DNA from: an uncultured Elusimicrobia bacterium
GTDB lineage: Bacteria; Elusimicrobiota; Elusimicrobia; 2-01-FULL-59-12
Assembly (NCBI GenBank): GCA_963702895.1
Contig: OY969767.1
Span: 2,112,001 to 2,176,000, forward strand
DNA length: 64,000 bases
Direction of reading: 5' to 3'
The position numbers were made by a program, and so were the translations under genes. This document shows positions 1 through 9,885 of this stretch, piece by piece; the stretch's first letter is position 1; the number at the start of each line of letters is the position of its first letter. Below the pieces are notes generated by a model, which was given only the letters and a program-made list of their open reading frames with translations, made no database searches and was not told where the DNA came from.

Positions 1-718
1 CCCGGGTCCCGGGCGCCTGTGAAAAAGTTGACCGAACCTCAAAGACCACATCATATTTTTTCGCGACTTCCACGGATCTTCCCTGCATGACCTGGGCGCC
101 CGCGCCGGCTAGCTCCAGCATCTCATCGTAGGAAATCTCATCAAGCTTGCGGGCTGCCGGCACCACCCGCGGGTCGGTCGTGTAAATGCCTTCCACATCC
201 GTATAAATCTCGCAGAGATCGGCCTTGAGCGCCGCGGCCAGGGCGATCGCGGTCAGATCCGAGCCGCCGCGGCCGAGCGTCGCGATATCATCGTTGGGGT
301 TGAGGCCCTGAAAACCCGCCACGACGACGACGCGCCGTTTGGCGAGTTCGGACCATATCTTTTTGGGCAGGATGTGCGTGATGCGCGCGCGCGTGTGGCT
401 GGCATCGGCAAAGATGCCCGCCTGGGGACCGGTGAGCGAAATCGCCGCCTGCCCTTTGGCATGGAGCGCCATGCAAAGAAGCGCAATGGAGGCCTGCTCG
501 CCGGTCGCCAAGAGCATATCCATCTCGCGCGGCGGGGCGCTCCGGGTAATGCCTTCCGCCATCTCGATCAAGTCATCCGTCATGTCGCCAGGGGCGGAGA
601 CGACCACGACGACCCTGTAGCCCTCTTTTTTCTTGGCGATGATCCGCCCCGCGACATGCTTGACTTTCTGGGCATCCGCGACGGAAGATCCCCCAAACTT
701 CATGACCACAAGCTTCAT
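1..718 (-). CDS. lysC: Aspartate kinase, 5' part (runs off the window edge)
   Basis: Manual translation from ATG 718: [15 protein letters not shown]...[14 protein letters not shown]...[12 protein letters not shown]...VVAGFQG...[11 protein letters not shown]...[14 protein letters not shown]. Absent from the ORF track because no stop codon lies in the window. Confidence 0.95.
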   Translation of the reverse strand, partial: MKLVVMKFGGSSVADAQKVKHVAGRIIAKKKEGYRVVVVVSAPGDMTDDLIEMAEGITRSAPPREMDMLLATGEQASIALLCMALHAKGQAAISLTGPQAGIFADASHTRARITHILPKKIWSELAKRRVVVVAGFQGLNPNDDIATLGRGGSDLTAIALAAALKADLCEIYTDVEGIYTTDPRVVPAARKLDEISYDEMLELAGAGAQVMQGRSVEVAKKYDVVFEVRSTFSQAPGTR

Positions 719-764
719 GGTTCGAGTCTCCTGACCATGACCCTGAGCGAAGTCGAACGGGTCA
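716..764. repeat. Family C palindromic repeat (catggttcga...ccatgaccctgagcgaagtcgaacgggtca) filling the thrB-lysC spacer
   Basis: Similar sequences at 9840-9885, 13532-13617 and 33449-33549. Confidence 0.7.
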
Positions 765-1700
765 TTGGTAGCGCACTCCTTTGTTATCAAGCAAGAGTTC
801 CTGGAAAAGGCTTGTGACGCCGCGCGCGCCAAAAGCTTTTTGCATCGCAAACCCGACTTTTTTGGCGACCGGTCCCGGTTTGACGAGCGCGATGACAGAC
901 GAGCCGGCGCCCGAAAGCGCGGCGCCGTAAGCGCCCGCTTTGGACGCTTCGGAGATCGCGTCCCGGAGTCCCGGGATAAGACGCGCTCGGGCAGGCTGGT
1001 GCAAGACGTCTTCCATGGCGAAATCGAGCCAGTCATAGCGCTTCTGCAGGAGGGCACCCAACAGGAACGCGACGCGCGAGGAGGTAAAGACAGCCGCTGA
1101 AAACGGGATACGGCTGGGAAGAACGCGCCGGGCGTCCCGGGTCTCGAGCGGCCTGTCCGGAGAACAAACCACAGCGCGGAGCTCCTGCGGTGCGGGAAAA
1201 CGAAGATAACGAACCTCTTCCTTGATGACTCCGGCGATACAGAGCCCCCCTACAAAAGCCGGAACAACGTTGTCCGGATGTCCTTCGACACTGACCGCCA
1301 TCTCCAGCAGGACGGACAACGGCAGGCGTCCGCCCGTTAAGGCGTTGGCCGCGCAGAGGCCGCCGACAATCGCCGAGGAACTTGAGCCAAGTCCGCGCGC
1401 CAGTGGTATGCGGTTGATGGTCTTGAGCCGGATCATGCCACGGGGCCAACGTTTGGCTTTCTCAAAAACTTTGAGCGCCATCTGAAGAACGAGATTGGAA
1501 TTGTCCGTCGGAAGGCGACCCGCACCTTCCCCCTCAATGGTGACGCTCATGATCGGATTCTGGCGAAACGAACTGAATTGAGCGTCATCGGTTTCCAGAT
1601 GCACTTCGTTGTAAAGCGAAAGAGCCATGCCCAAGACGTCAAAACCAGGCCCCAAATTGGCACTGGTGGCGGGAACTTGTACGACCACTTTCTTGCTCAT
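762..1700 (-). CDS. thrB: Homoserine kinase
   Basis: [31 protein letters not shown] and LSGAGSS motifs. Start moved to ATG 1700, which has a GGGGAG RBS. Confidence 0.95.
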   Translation of the reverse strand: MSKKVVVQVPATSANLGPGFDVLGMALSLYNEVHLETDDAQFSSFRQNPIMSVTIEGEGAGRLPTDNSNLVLQMALKVFEKAKRWPRGMIRLKTINRIPLARGLGSSSSAIVGGLCAANALTGGRLPLSVLLEMAVSVEGHPDNVVPAFVGGLCIAGVIKEEVRYLRFPAPQELRAVVCSPDRPLETRDARRVLPSRIPFSAAVFTSSRVAFLLGALLQKRYDWLDFAMEDVLHQPARARLIPGLRDAISEASKAGAYGAALSGAGSSVIALVKPGPVAKKVGFAMQKAFGARGVTSLFQELLLDNKGVRYQ

Positions 1701-1711
1701 AACTCCCCTGA

Positions 1712-1784
1712 CGTCATCCCCCGCGGACGTAAGCGGGGGACGCCTGTCGTGTGGCGTCCCGGCTAACAACATGCCGGGATGACG
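1712..1784. repeat. Family A palindromic repeat (gtcatcccccgc...gccgggatgac), translated as the ThiE C-terminus
   Basis: Two-arm hairpin shared with copies at 6317, 11926, 15042, 33565, 47196, 58720, 60211 and 62461. Confidence 0.85.
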
Positions 1785-2445
1785 ACAAAACCTCCTCAAT
1801 CCTTCTTTTCAATTGTCTTGCCGCTCCTGCAATGTCCTCTTGGCCACAAACGGCACGCACCACCGCCACGCGCTTAGCACCTGCTGAGAGCACCTCCGAC
1901 ACGTTGGAGGCATCGATGCCGCCAATGGCAACGTGGGGTGTGGAGACCCGGCTTGTGACCGCACGGACGAGCTCAAGGCCCACGGGATTATACGTTGGTT
2001 TGGTGGGTGTGGCGAACACCGGGCCGATGCCCATGTAATCCGCTCCCTGTCGCTCCGCTTCGAGAGCCTGTTCCAGGCTGTGTGTGGAGCATCCCACAAG
2101 AAAGTTCTTGACCCCCATGAGGCGGAGGAGTTTTTTCGCTTGGACGACGGGCAAATCCTCTTGGCCCAAATGAACACCATCGGCTTCGACCGTCAAGGCC
2201 ACTTCGAGGGCGTCATTGACGATGAAAAGGACCCCTGCCTCCGCGCAGATTTTTTTCAGGCGCTGGGCCACTTTGTAGCGCTCCCGGCCGGTAATCAGTT
2301 TGTCCCGAAACTGCAGGATCTCCGCGCCGCCTTCGCAAGCGGCCTTGACCATCGGCTCATAACCGTCCGGTCCGCTTTTCGGCGGACAGGTGATCACATA
2401 CAGGCGCGCTTGTTGAAACCGTTCGATAAGAGTCTGGCTTCCCAT
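1714..2445 (-). CDS. thiE: Thiamine-phosphate synthase
   Basis: LQFRDK, FIVNDA, ADGVHLGQED, GCSTHS, GPVFATPTK and VAIGGI motifs. Confidence 0.95.
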   Translation of the reverse strand: MGSQTLIERFQQARLYVITCPPKSGPDGYEPMVKAACEGGAEILQFRDKLITGRERYKVAQRLKKICAEAGVLFIVNDALEVALTVEADGVHLGQEDLPVVQAKKLLRLMGVKNFLVGCSTHSLEQALEAERQGADYMGIGPVFATPTKPTYNPVGLELVRAVTSRVSTPHVAIGGIDASNVSEVLSAGAKRVAVVRAVCGQEDIAGAARQLKRRIEEVLSSSRHVVSRDATRQASPAYVRGG

Positions 2446-2888
2446 TGATAAATTTTAAACCTGAGCATCTGCGCTCTTCTGATCGCGCGGGGGGAGATCA
2501 CGCGCCCATATTCTTCAAAAACCCGGAAGGCCTCTTCGCAACGCTTGAAATTGGCCGCCAGGAGCGCCCGGACTCCCCCTCGATAAGGTTTGGCCGGGTT
2601 CGAACGCCCGGGGTCACGAGCCACATTTCGCGCGGCAAGGAGATATCGGTAATGGCCTCGGACGAGTTCGTCGAGACCATGGCGCAGACCTCGTAGGGCC
2701 TCTGCCGCCGCCGCGTCTTCGATAACGAAACGTGCGGTGTCTTCGATGATCCGCAGGCCCTCACGCGCCCGGTTGACGTTGGCATCGAGCACGCGCCATA
2801 TGGCCGAAGAGCGAGAAAAGACAGAAGAAGTGTGCAAAGGCCGTTTCGCTTGTCGCTTGTTGTTCTTCTTCCTTCGGTTACGTCCCAT
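2394..2888 (-). CDS. ThiD2-family protein (N-terminal domain of cyanobacterial-type ThiE)
   Basis: [19 protein letters not shown]...LRH...[10 protein letters not shown]...[15 protein letters not shown] pattern; adjacent to thiE. Confidence 0.8.
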   Translation of the reverse strand: MGRNRRKKNNKRQAKRPLHTSSVFSRSSAIWRVLDANVNRAREGLRIIEDTARFVIEDAAAAEALRGLRHGLDELVRGHYRYLLAARNVARDPGRSNPAKPYRGGVRALLAANFKRCEEAFRVFEEYGRVISPRAIRRAQMLRFKIYQWEARLLSNGFNKRACM

Positions 2889-3351
2889 ACGCCTTCATGA
2901 TTTTCCGAATGATCGCTGTGCTCGAGCGTCCCCGGACCAGGGGGATCCGCACGACTTTCTTCACCAAGTCGCTCCCGACGATTTCGCCGTGCGCGTAATC
3001 GCCTCCTTTGACCAGGACATCGGGCCGGAGCTTTTTGATGAGCTCATAGGGCGTGTCTTCATCAAAAAAAGTCACGTAATCGACCGCTTCCAGACCTGCA
3101 AGGACCTTGGCCCGGTCTCGTTCGGTCGCGATCGGTCGAAAGGGACCTTTCAGGCGCTTCACGGACGCGTCCGTATTGATCCCCACGACCAGCACATCGC
3201 CTAAGCGCGCGGCCTTTTCTAAGAGCGTCACGTGCCCTGCATGGAGAAGGTCGTAGACACCATTCGTGAAAACAATGGTCTTTTTCTCCCGTTTCTTGCG
3301 GGCTAAAAGAGAGGCCAAGCCAGACGCCTTCGTGATCTTTCGTATTTTCAT
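2878..3351 (-). CDS. rfaE2: D-glycero-beta-D-manno-heptose 1-phosphate adenylyltransferase
   Basis: [40 protein letters not shown]. Confidence 0.92.
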   Translation of the reverse strand: MKIRKITKASGLASLLARKKREKKTIVFTNGVYDLLHAGHVTLLEKAARLGDVLVVGINTDASVKRLKGPFRPIATERDRAKVLAGLEAVDYVTFFDEDTPYELIKKLRPDVLVKGGDYAHGEIVGSDLVKKVVRIPLVRGRSSTAIIRKIMKAYGT

Positions 3352-3369
3352 AAAGGGGGGATGCGCGCG

Positions 3370-3939
3370 TTAAACGCGCGCCGTCATGAACGCGGCATCG
3401 ACAGCAGCGCAGATCGCATGGATGAGAGCGATATGGCATTCCTGGATATGCGCGGTGCGGTCCGAAGGGACCGTCACGCAACAATCGACGATCCCTTTGA
3501 GCTGGCCTCCAGTCTTGCCAGTGAGTCCCGCGGTCCAGGCCTTTTGCTTTTTCGCCTCTTCCAGACCTTTTAAAACGTTCCGCGCGTTGCCGCTCGTTGA
3601 AATGCCAATCACCACGTCCCCCGCCGTCACAAGTGCCTTGACTTGGAGGGAAAAGACCTCTTCGTAGCCAAAATCATTGGCGATCGCCGTGAGCGCCGAG
3701 GTATCGGTGGTGAGCGCCATCGCTGGGAGCCCTGGACGCTCTTTCTCAAAACGACCAACGAGTTCAGCCGCAAAATGTTGAGCGTCAGCCGCGGAACCAC
3801 CGTTACCAAAGATCACCAGCTTCTTGCCGGCGCGAAATGCCCGGATAATTTCGGACGCGACGCGCTCGGCCTCCGCCGTTTGCGCGGCGGCCTGTTCCTT
3901 CACGCGGCAGCTGTCTTTTAAATGCTGGGAGATGGACAT
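3370..3939 (-). CDS. gmhA: Phosphoheptose isomerase
   Basis: GNGGSAADAQHFAAELVGRF, TAIANDFGY, ISTSGN, IQECH. Confidence 0.96.
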   Translation of the reverse strand: MSISQHLKDSCRVKEQAAAQTAEAERVASEIIRAFRAGKKLVIFGNGGSAADAQHFAAELVGRFEKERPGLPAMALTTDTSALTAIANDFGYEEVFSLQVKALVTAGDVVIGISTSGNARNVLKGLEEAKKQKAWTAGLTGKTGGQLKGIVDCCVTVPSDRTAHIQECHIALIHAICAAVDAAFMTARV

Positions 3940-3941
3940 TT

Positions 3942-5300
3942 TTATTTGACTCCGTTATTCATCATGTACTTCGCGATAAAATCGGTATTGGCCTCCCCCT
4001 TCTTGAACACCTCATGCTCCATGATGCGTTGAAAGAGCGGGATCGTCGTCTTCACGCCTACAATCTGGAATTCCGACAAGGCGCGCTGCATCCGACGAAT
4101 GGCTTGCTCGCGGTTTGTGCCATGAACAATGAGCTTGGCTAAGAGGGAGTCGTAGTAAGTGGGGATCGTATAGCCTGTGTAGAGGTGCGTGTCGACGCGA
4201 ACACCCGGAGGCCCTGGAAGAATCAGTTGCTCAATCGTCCCAGGGCATGGTCGAAAGTCATGGTCCGGGTCTTCGGCGTTGATGCGGCACTCCAGGGCAT
4301 GTCCTCGCGCCGGATAGTCATCCCGGTCGTAATCAATCCGCTCGCCCGCGGCCAGGCGGATCTGCTCCTGGACAAGATCGAGCCCCGTGACCATCTCGGT
4401 CACCGTATGCTCCACCTGGATGCGGGTGTTCATCTCAAGGAAATAAAACTCGCCCTTGGGATCCACGAGGAACTCCACGGTCCCCACCGTCACATAATCA
4501 ACGGCCTCCGCCGCGCGGCGTGCGGCTTTGCCCATCTTGCGACGAAGCGACGAATCCACGAACGGTGAGGGACTTTCCTCAATCAGCTTCTGGTGACGGC
4601 GCTGTACAGAGCACTCACGCTCCGGCAAATAGATCACGCGGCCTTTGGAATCAGCGACGATCTGAAATTCGATGTGACGGGGCTTTTCAATGTACTTTTC
4701 GAGATAGACGTCGCCGTTGCCGAAGGCCTTTTTGGCTTCCGTTTGGGCCACTTCGATCGCCGCGCGAAGCTCAGACTCGCTGTTGACAATCCGCATGCCG
4801 CGCCCACCGCCGCCCGCCACGGCTTTGACAATGACGGGGTAACCAATTTTTCGAGCGAGCTTCGGAAGCCCAGCGTCATCCGGTGACACGGGGCCCTCCG
4901 AACCCGGAACGATCGGAACATCGGCCTTGCGCATGGTCTCCCGCGCGGCCGCTTTGTCCCCCATGCGCTCAATGGCCTCTTTGGACGGCCCGATGAAATG
5001 GATATGGCAGGACTCGCACACATCGGCAAAATAGGTGTTCTCGGAGAGGAAGCCGTAGCCCGGGTGGATCGCGTCGGCGCCCGAGATCTCCGCGGCAGAG
5101 ATGATATTGGGAATATTGAGGTAGCTTTCCGCGGTGGGCCCCGGCCCGATACAGACCGACTCCTCCGCAAGCTTCACATGCAGGCTTTCACGGTCGACCT
5201 CCGAATGGACCGCGACCGTCTTGAGGCCCATCTCGCGGCAAGCCCTGATGATGCGCACGGCAATTTCACCACGGTTGGCAATCAGGACTTTCTTAAACAT
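3942..5300 (-). CDS. accC: Acetyl-CoA carboxylase, biotin carboxylase subunit
   Basis: [54 protein letters not shown]; start at ATG 5300. Confidence 0.97.
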   Translation of the reverse strand: MFKKVLIANRGEIAVRIIRACREMGLKTVAVHSEVDRESLHVKLAEESVCIGPGPTAESYLNIPNIISAAEISGADAIHPGYGFLSENTYFADVCESCHIHFIGPSKEAIERMGDKAAARETMRKADVPIVPGSEGPVSPDDAGLPKLARKIGYPVIVKAVAGGGGRGMRIVNSESELRAAIEVAQTEAKKAFGNGDVYLEKYIEKPRHIEFQIVADSKGRVIYLPERECSVQRRHQKLIEESPSPFVDSSLRRKMGKAARRAAEAVDYVTVGTVEFLVDPKGEFYFLEMNTRIQVEHTVTEMVTGLDLVQEQIRLAAGERIDYDRDDYPARGHALECRINAEDPDHDFRPCPGTIEQLILPGPPGVRVDTHLYTGYTIPTYYDSLLAKLIVHGTNREQAIRRMQRALSEFQIVGVKTTIPLFQRIMEHEVFKKGEANTDFIAKYMMNNGVK

Positions 5301-5745
5301 CGAGGGTCGCCTCCCCGTTCGGTTCGATTTCAAAGAGCGGCTGGCCGTATTCGACGGGGTGTCCGTTGGCAACCAGAGCTTTGACGATCCGGCATGCTCC
5401 TGGGGCGAGCACATCTTTCATGATCTTCATGGCTTCAATGGCTGCGACCGGTTGGCCGGAGGTCACTTTCGTTCCCTCCACCACCAGCGGCGGGCGGTTC
5501 GGTGAATCGGACCGATAAAATGTTCCGACCATGGTGGACTTGATGGTCATGGGCTCCGCGGCTTTGGCGGGGGCCTCTTGGGCCGGCGCGCCCTGCTCCA
5601 AGGAGGCGATGGCCGGGGCTTGCGCGTGAGGAAAGACCGACCTGCGAAAGCTGATGGAGGACCCTTTTTTCTCCCACATCACTTCCTGAAGGTCGGTTGA
5701 TTCGACAAACTCCAGAAGATCGTTTAAGCGTTTATCCACCATCAT
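5293..5745 (-). CDS. accB: Biotin carboxyl carrier protein
   Basis: SxMVGTFY and EAMK biotinylation motif; upstream of accC. Confidence 0.93.
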   Translation of the reverse strand: MMVDKRLNDLLEFVESTDLQEVMWEKKGSSISFRRSVFPHAQAPAIASLEQGAPAQEAPAKAAEPMTIKSTMVGTFYRSDSPNRPPLVVEGTKVTSGQPVAAIEAMKIMKDVLAPGACRIVKALVANGHPVEYGQPLFEIEPNGEATLDV

Positions 5746-6302
5746 GAAAGCCTCGACAAATACTCTCCGGTACGGGTGTCGACTTTCACGACATCCCCTT
5801 CCTTCACAAAAAGAGGAACGTTGATCTCGATTCCCGTTTCCAGCGTCGCCGGCTTCATCATGTTCGAAACGGAGTCTCCTTTGATGCCGGGGACAGTCTG
5901 CGCCACCTTAAGCTCCACCGTCGTAGGAAGAGCAATGGAGAGAAACTTGTCATCCAAATAGAGCGCTTCCACTTCGAGATTCTCCGTCAAATAGTGGGCG
6001 AGGTCTCCCATTTTCTCCTTGGGGTAGCTCAGCTGCTCAAAGGATTCCATATCCATGAAGTGGTAGCCTTCTGTATCGGAGTAGAGAAATTGCTTCTTTC
6101 GCTTGGTGGGAATGATCTCCTTGAAGCGGTCCGCCTGCTTGAAGGTGCGCTCCAGAATCGACCCTGTATAGAGATTCTTGAATTTCACACGCATGATGGC
6201 GTGCGACATCGCCGTCTTGTGGTTTTGGAACCACAGGATCTGATACGGCGCGTTTTCGAATTCGATGATTAGTCCGTTGCGAAAGTCAACTGGCTCGATC
6301 AT
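5742..6302 (-). CDS. efp: Translation elongation factor P, atypical loop (KTAMSHA)
   Basis: KFKNLYTG, FMDMESFEQ, PGIKGDSVS, KPATLETG, VPLFV, VDTRTGEYLSR; pepP-efp-accB synteny. Confidence 0.95.
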   Translation of the reverse strand: MIEPVDFRNGLIIEFENAPYQILWFQNHKTAMSHAIMRVKFKNLYTGSILERTFKQADRFKEIIPTKRKKQFLYSDTEGYHFMDMESFEQLSYPKEKMGDLAHYLTENLEVEALYLDDKFLSIALPTTVELKVAQTVPGIKGDSVSNMMKPATLETGIEINVPLFVKEGDVVKVDTRTGEYLSRLS

Positions 6303-6316
6303 AAAATCTTCCTCTC

Positions 6317-6400
6317 GTCATCCCCGCATGATGTCAGCGGGGATCCAGCGATGTTGACGATAAAGTCTCTGGACCCCGGCTTACGGATTGCCGGGGTGAC
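6317..6400. repeat. Family A palindromic repeat, intergenic
   Basis: gtcatccccgc...gcggggatcca-spacer-tggaccccggc...gccggggtgac. Confidence 0.85.
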
Positions 6401-6412
6401 TCCCTTTGGGAG

Positions 6413-7477
6413 TCATTTCGTTAGAATTTCATATCCACGACGGGTTACGAGCAGCGTGTCCTCAATGCGCACGCCGCCCCAGCCCTGCAAATAAATACCC
6501 GGCTCAACCGTAATGATCATGCCGGGTTCTAAAACATCCTGGCCTGTCGGGCCCACCCAGGGCGCTTCGTGGATCTCCACTCCCACGCCGTGGCCCGTGC
6601 TGTGTATAAAACGGTTCCCGTAACCGGCTCGCTCAATTTCTTCGCGAGCGATTTGGTCAATCCGGGAAGTCTTGACACCTGGTTTTACGGCTTGGATGGC
6701 GAGCATTTGGGCGCGGGCTACTGTATCGTAAACCTTGCGGCCAAGTGACGACATTTTACCCAAAAAGAAGGTCCTACTCAAGTCGGAGCAGTAGCCATCC
6801 ACGAGGGCTCCGATATCGCACAAAACGACCTCATTTTTTCGCAAAACCCGGTTTCCGGTAATGTAGTGCGGATAGGCTGCGTTTTCCCCAGAGGCCACAA
6901 TGGAATCAAAGGACGCTTTGGTGGCCCCGTGCTTGCGGATATAGGATTCGAACTCCGCCGCCAGGTCACATTCACGCATGCCGGGCCTGGCGATCTTTTT
7001 GATGTGCTGGTATCCCTTTGCCGCGGCATGACCGGCGGCGCGTAGAGCCTTGATCTCCTTGGCGTCCTTCTTGCAGCGCAGCGGGGTGGTCGCGCCGGGA
7101 ACGGGAACCCACTTGAGTTTAGAGCCGGCAGCTTTGCGCATCCCCATCGCGTAAGCTTCAGCGATGCGGTAGGGATCATAACCGATGGTTTTCCAGCCGG
7201 CTTTCACGGCATAATCGACCATCGTCCCATAACCGTCCGAGAGCTTCTTGAGCGGAACAACTTCATAGCCACCGGCAAGCGCCTTGGCTTGGTCGACCGC
7301 GAGCATGGGAACAAACATCGCCGCCTTGGATTTGCCGATCAAAGCCCAACAGCCTTCCGCTCCATATCCGGAAAGATAAAAGAGATCTGGAATATGTGTG
7401 ACCCAGTAGCCGTCGACTTTGAAACGGGACAGGCGGGCTTGGAACGCGCTGGAGTGGGGACTGGCCTTTCTCATCAT
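6413..7477 (-). CDS. Xaa-Pro aminopeptidase (M24 family)
   Basis: DIG...GYCSDLSRT, HSTGHGVGVEIHE, TVEPGIY, GGVRIED. Confidence 0.93.
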   Translation of the reverse strand: MMRKASPHSSAFQARLSRFKVDGYWVTHIPDLFYLSGYGAEGCWALIGKSKAAMFVPMLAVDQAKALAGGYEVVPLKKLSDGYGTMVDYAVKAGWKTIGYDPYRIAEAYAMGMRKAAGSKLKWVPVPGATTPLRCKKDAKEIKALRAAGHAAAKGYQHIKKIARPGMRECDLAAEFESYIRKHGATKASFDSIVASGENAAYPHYITGNRVLRKNEVVLCDIGALVDGYCSDLSRTFFLGKMSSLGRKVYDTVARAQMLAIQAVKPGVKTSRIDQIAREEIERAGYGNRFIHSTGHGVGVEIHEAPWVGPTGQDVLEPGMIITVEPGIYLQGWGGVRIEDTLLVTRRGYEILTK

Positions 7478-8226
7478 AAACGCGCGGTCATCATTTTGGC
7501 TTGTCGGGTCTGGAAATCCTGGTCATAGCGCGGATAAAGCGCGCGGATGCGTTCCTGGAGCTCGCGATAAGGGAGCTGGCCGCTCGCCGTTGGGGTCCCG
7601 ATAAACCCATAAATGAGACAGGCGTCAAAAAGGGGAGCCGCGTAGCGCGAGAGGCTTCCCAAGGGCCCCATGCCCATGACCGTCATGAGTTTTTTGGGGC
7701 TAAACCTCTGGTTGAGATCCAAGAGTGTTCGAACATCGGTCTCGGATTTAACGCGCGTGGCAATTTTGAAAATATCCGCTTTTTTGCTGTAAGCCGCGCG
7801 CGCGATTTTCACGAGGTGTTGGGCGGAGGGAGTCGCCTGGTAATCGTGACAGGAGATCACCAGTCCCAGGTTCAACTTCTTGACGTTCTTGATGATCTCG
7901 CGCCACGGGTATTTCGGGTTCCACTCCACATCCACGAGAGAGGCGTGCGCCAGGGCCCGCCAATGCACCGGTTGCCACCAGTTCGGAAAAGGGTGGCCGC
8001 CACGGAAGCTGACCAGCATCGGGATGCCCACTTTTTCTTTGAACCGGGCCATTTTCTCGAGCATATCCTCCCGGAAGAAATTTCCCCAGATATCGAGGCG
8101 AATCTCGACCATATCAGCCCTGTCCGTTCGGGCCTGTTCCAAAAGATAAGGCAAATCATCCCCATCGAGTGAGGCCACCAGGAACGGCCGTGTCTTCTTT
8201 AAAGCTTCCAGAACGTCATTCTTCAT
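7474..8226 (-). CDS. aroD: Type I 3-dehydroquinate dehydratase
   Basis: VEIRLD, SCHDY (His), ADIFKIA (Schiff-base Lys), MGMGPLGSLSR, ASGQ; within the aro operon. Confidence 0.88.
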   Translation of the reverse strand: MKNDVLEALKKTRPFLVASLDGDDLPYLLEQARTDRADMVEIRLDIWGNFFREDMLEKMARFKEKVGIPMLVSFRGGHPFPNWWQPVHWRALAHASLVDVEWNPKYPWREIIKNVKKLNLGLVISCHDYQATPSAQHLVKIARAAYSKKADIFKIATRVKSETDVRTLLDLNQRFSPKKLMTVMGMGPLGSLSRYAAPLFDACLIYGFIGTPTASGQLPYRELQERIRALYPRYDQDFQTRQAKMMTARL

Positions 8227-8274
8227 GATTGGATTTCTCGTTTTCCCCTCCCCCAACCGCGGAGATGGCTTCCG

Positions 8275-9342
8275 TTACAAACCTGCAGACTGCAAGGCGA
8301 CACTGAGAATTTCCGGCGGCACCTCTTGACCTGAGATGGCCTTCCCAATTTCCTTAAGGAGAACAAAACCGACTTTTCCTCCCAGGGATTTTTTATCACG
8401 CGCCAGATACTGCAAGAGGTGCGCGCGTGGAATTTTTCGGCTCACACGGGAGGGAAGTCCTGCCCGGCTGAGGAGGTTCCCGATCCTGATCCTGCTTTGA
8501 CCGTCCAAGCCCGTCATTTGCTCGGAAAGCACACCCGCCACCCACATCCCAATCGAAATGGCCTCCCCGTGGAGGTAGTGGCGGTACCCCATGGCCCCCT
8601 CAATGGCATGGCCGACCGTATGGCCAAAATTCAGGAGCGCCCGAAGGCCCGTCCGCTCCGTGGGATCCTTCTTCACGATCTCCTCCTTGATCCTGGCGCA
8701 ACGCGCGATGATCGCGTCCCATTCTGGAGAATACCCCTGGCACAGGACATCCATTTTGCTCTCGAGCTGCTCAAAGAGCGCTGCGTCCGCGATGGCCCCA
8801 TACTTAATCACTTCGGCAAGCCCGTTCCGCCAATGGCGGACCGGAAGTGTCTTCAAGAGTGCGGGCGTGATCCATATGAGGCGGGGATGATAGAAAGAGC
8901 CCACCAGGTTTTTCCCCTCCGGAATATCGATACCTGTCTTTCCTCCAATGGACGCGTCCACCTGGGCGAGAAGGGTCGTCGGCACCTGCGCGTAGGACAG
9001 TCCGCGCAGGAAGGTGGCCGCGATAAATCCTGTCAGGTCCCCCACAACACCGCCCCCCAGCGCCAGGAGCCAGGATTTCCTCTCGTATTTCTTCCTGGCC
9101 AATGTTCGGTAGAGGCTACGCGCCTGAGACAAGGTTTTGGACCTCTCCCCGCTCGGAACACGCGTTAGAGAAACGTCGAAACCGGCACGGGACAAAGCGT
9201 TCTTAAGACCTTGTCCGTAGCGGCTGGCGACGGCCGAATCGGCCACAACCATGACCTTCGACCCGGACTTGGCGACTTGCGCAAGAACTCCGGGAAGCTC
9301 CGCGAGGGTCCTTCCGATGATCAGTTCACTCATCCATGCCAT
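8275..9342 (-). CDS. aroB: 3-dehydroquinate synthase
   Basis: LGGGVVGDLTGF, PTTLLAQVDASIGGKTG, LNFGHTVGHAIE, HGEAISIG. Confidence 0.96.
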   Translation of the reverse strand: MAWMSELIIGRTLAELPGVLAQVAKSGSKVMVVADSAVASRYGQGLKNALSRAGFDVSLTRVPSGERSKTLSQARSLYRTLARKKYERKSWLLALGGGVVGDLTGFIAATFLRGLSYAQVPTTLLAQVDASIGGKTGIDIPEGKNLVGSFYHPRLIWITPALLKTLPVRHWRNGLAEVIKYGAIADAALFEQLESKMDVLCQGYSPEWDAIIARCARIKEEIVKKDPTERTGLRALLNFGHTVGHAIEGAMGYRHYLHGEAISIGMWVAGVLSEQMTGLDGQSRIRIGNLLSRAGLPSRVSRKIPRAHLLQYLARDKKSLGGKVGFVLLKEIGKAISGQEVPPEILSVALQSAGL

Positions 9343-9842
9343 GGCGGCGATACTTTTTGTGTGATTTCCTCGACTACTTGAGAAAGGGTCTTGTTGTCCG
9401 TGTCCACTTGGACAGGGCAGAGATCGTAGATGGCTTTTCGCTCTTTCAGCAAGCGCTCCAGCTTCTGCTCCAGATGTTCTCCCGCCAAAAGCGGCCTTGT
9501 GCGGTCCTCTTTGATGCGACCGAGGAGCGTATCGGTACGGGCGCGAAGACAGACGAGAACAGCGTTCTTTTCTAAGGCTTTGCGGTTGACCTCATCCAAG
9601 AGAGCGCCGCCACCGGTCGCGATCACCATTCTGTCTTTCTGAGCGATTTCCGTGATGGCGGCAGACTCCAGTTTCCGAAAGGCGGCCTCCCCCTCCTGAG
9701 CGAAGAGATCGGGAATCGACTTGCCTGCCTTCTTTGAAATTTCAACATCGAGGTCCACAAACGGCACGCGCAATCGGTCCGCCAACTGCCGACCAACAGC
9801 CGTTTTACCGGTCCCCATGAAACCCGTCAGGACAATATTCAT
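9330..9842 (-). CDS. aroK: Shikimate kinase
   Basis: GFMGTGKT P-loop, GEAAFR, ATGGG, RPLL. Confidence 0.96.
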   Translation of the reverse strand: MNIVLTGFMGTGKTAVGRQLADRLRVPFVDLDVEISKKAGKSIPDLFAQEGEAAFRKLESAAITEIAQKDRMVIATGGGALLDEVNRKALEKNAVLVCLRARTDTLLGRIKEDRTRPLLAGEHLEQKLERLLKERKAIYDLCPVQVDTDNKTLSQVVEEITQKVSPPWHG

Positions 9843-9885
9843 GGTTCCATCCTCGCCCTGACCCTCCCGTCGCAGCCAGGGGTCA
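9840..9885. repeat. Degenerate family C repeat filling the aroC-aroK spacer
   Basis: catggttcc...ccctgaccct...ggggtca; same termini as the copy at 716-764. Confidence 0.5.

Noticed and set aside
2394..2900. TPP riboswitch for thiE
   Set aside because: The genes are embedded in an overlapping operon with no leader or recognisable aptamer.
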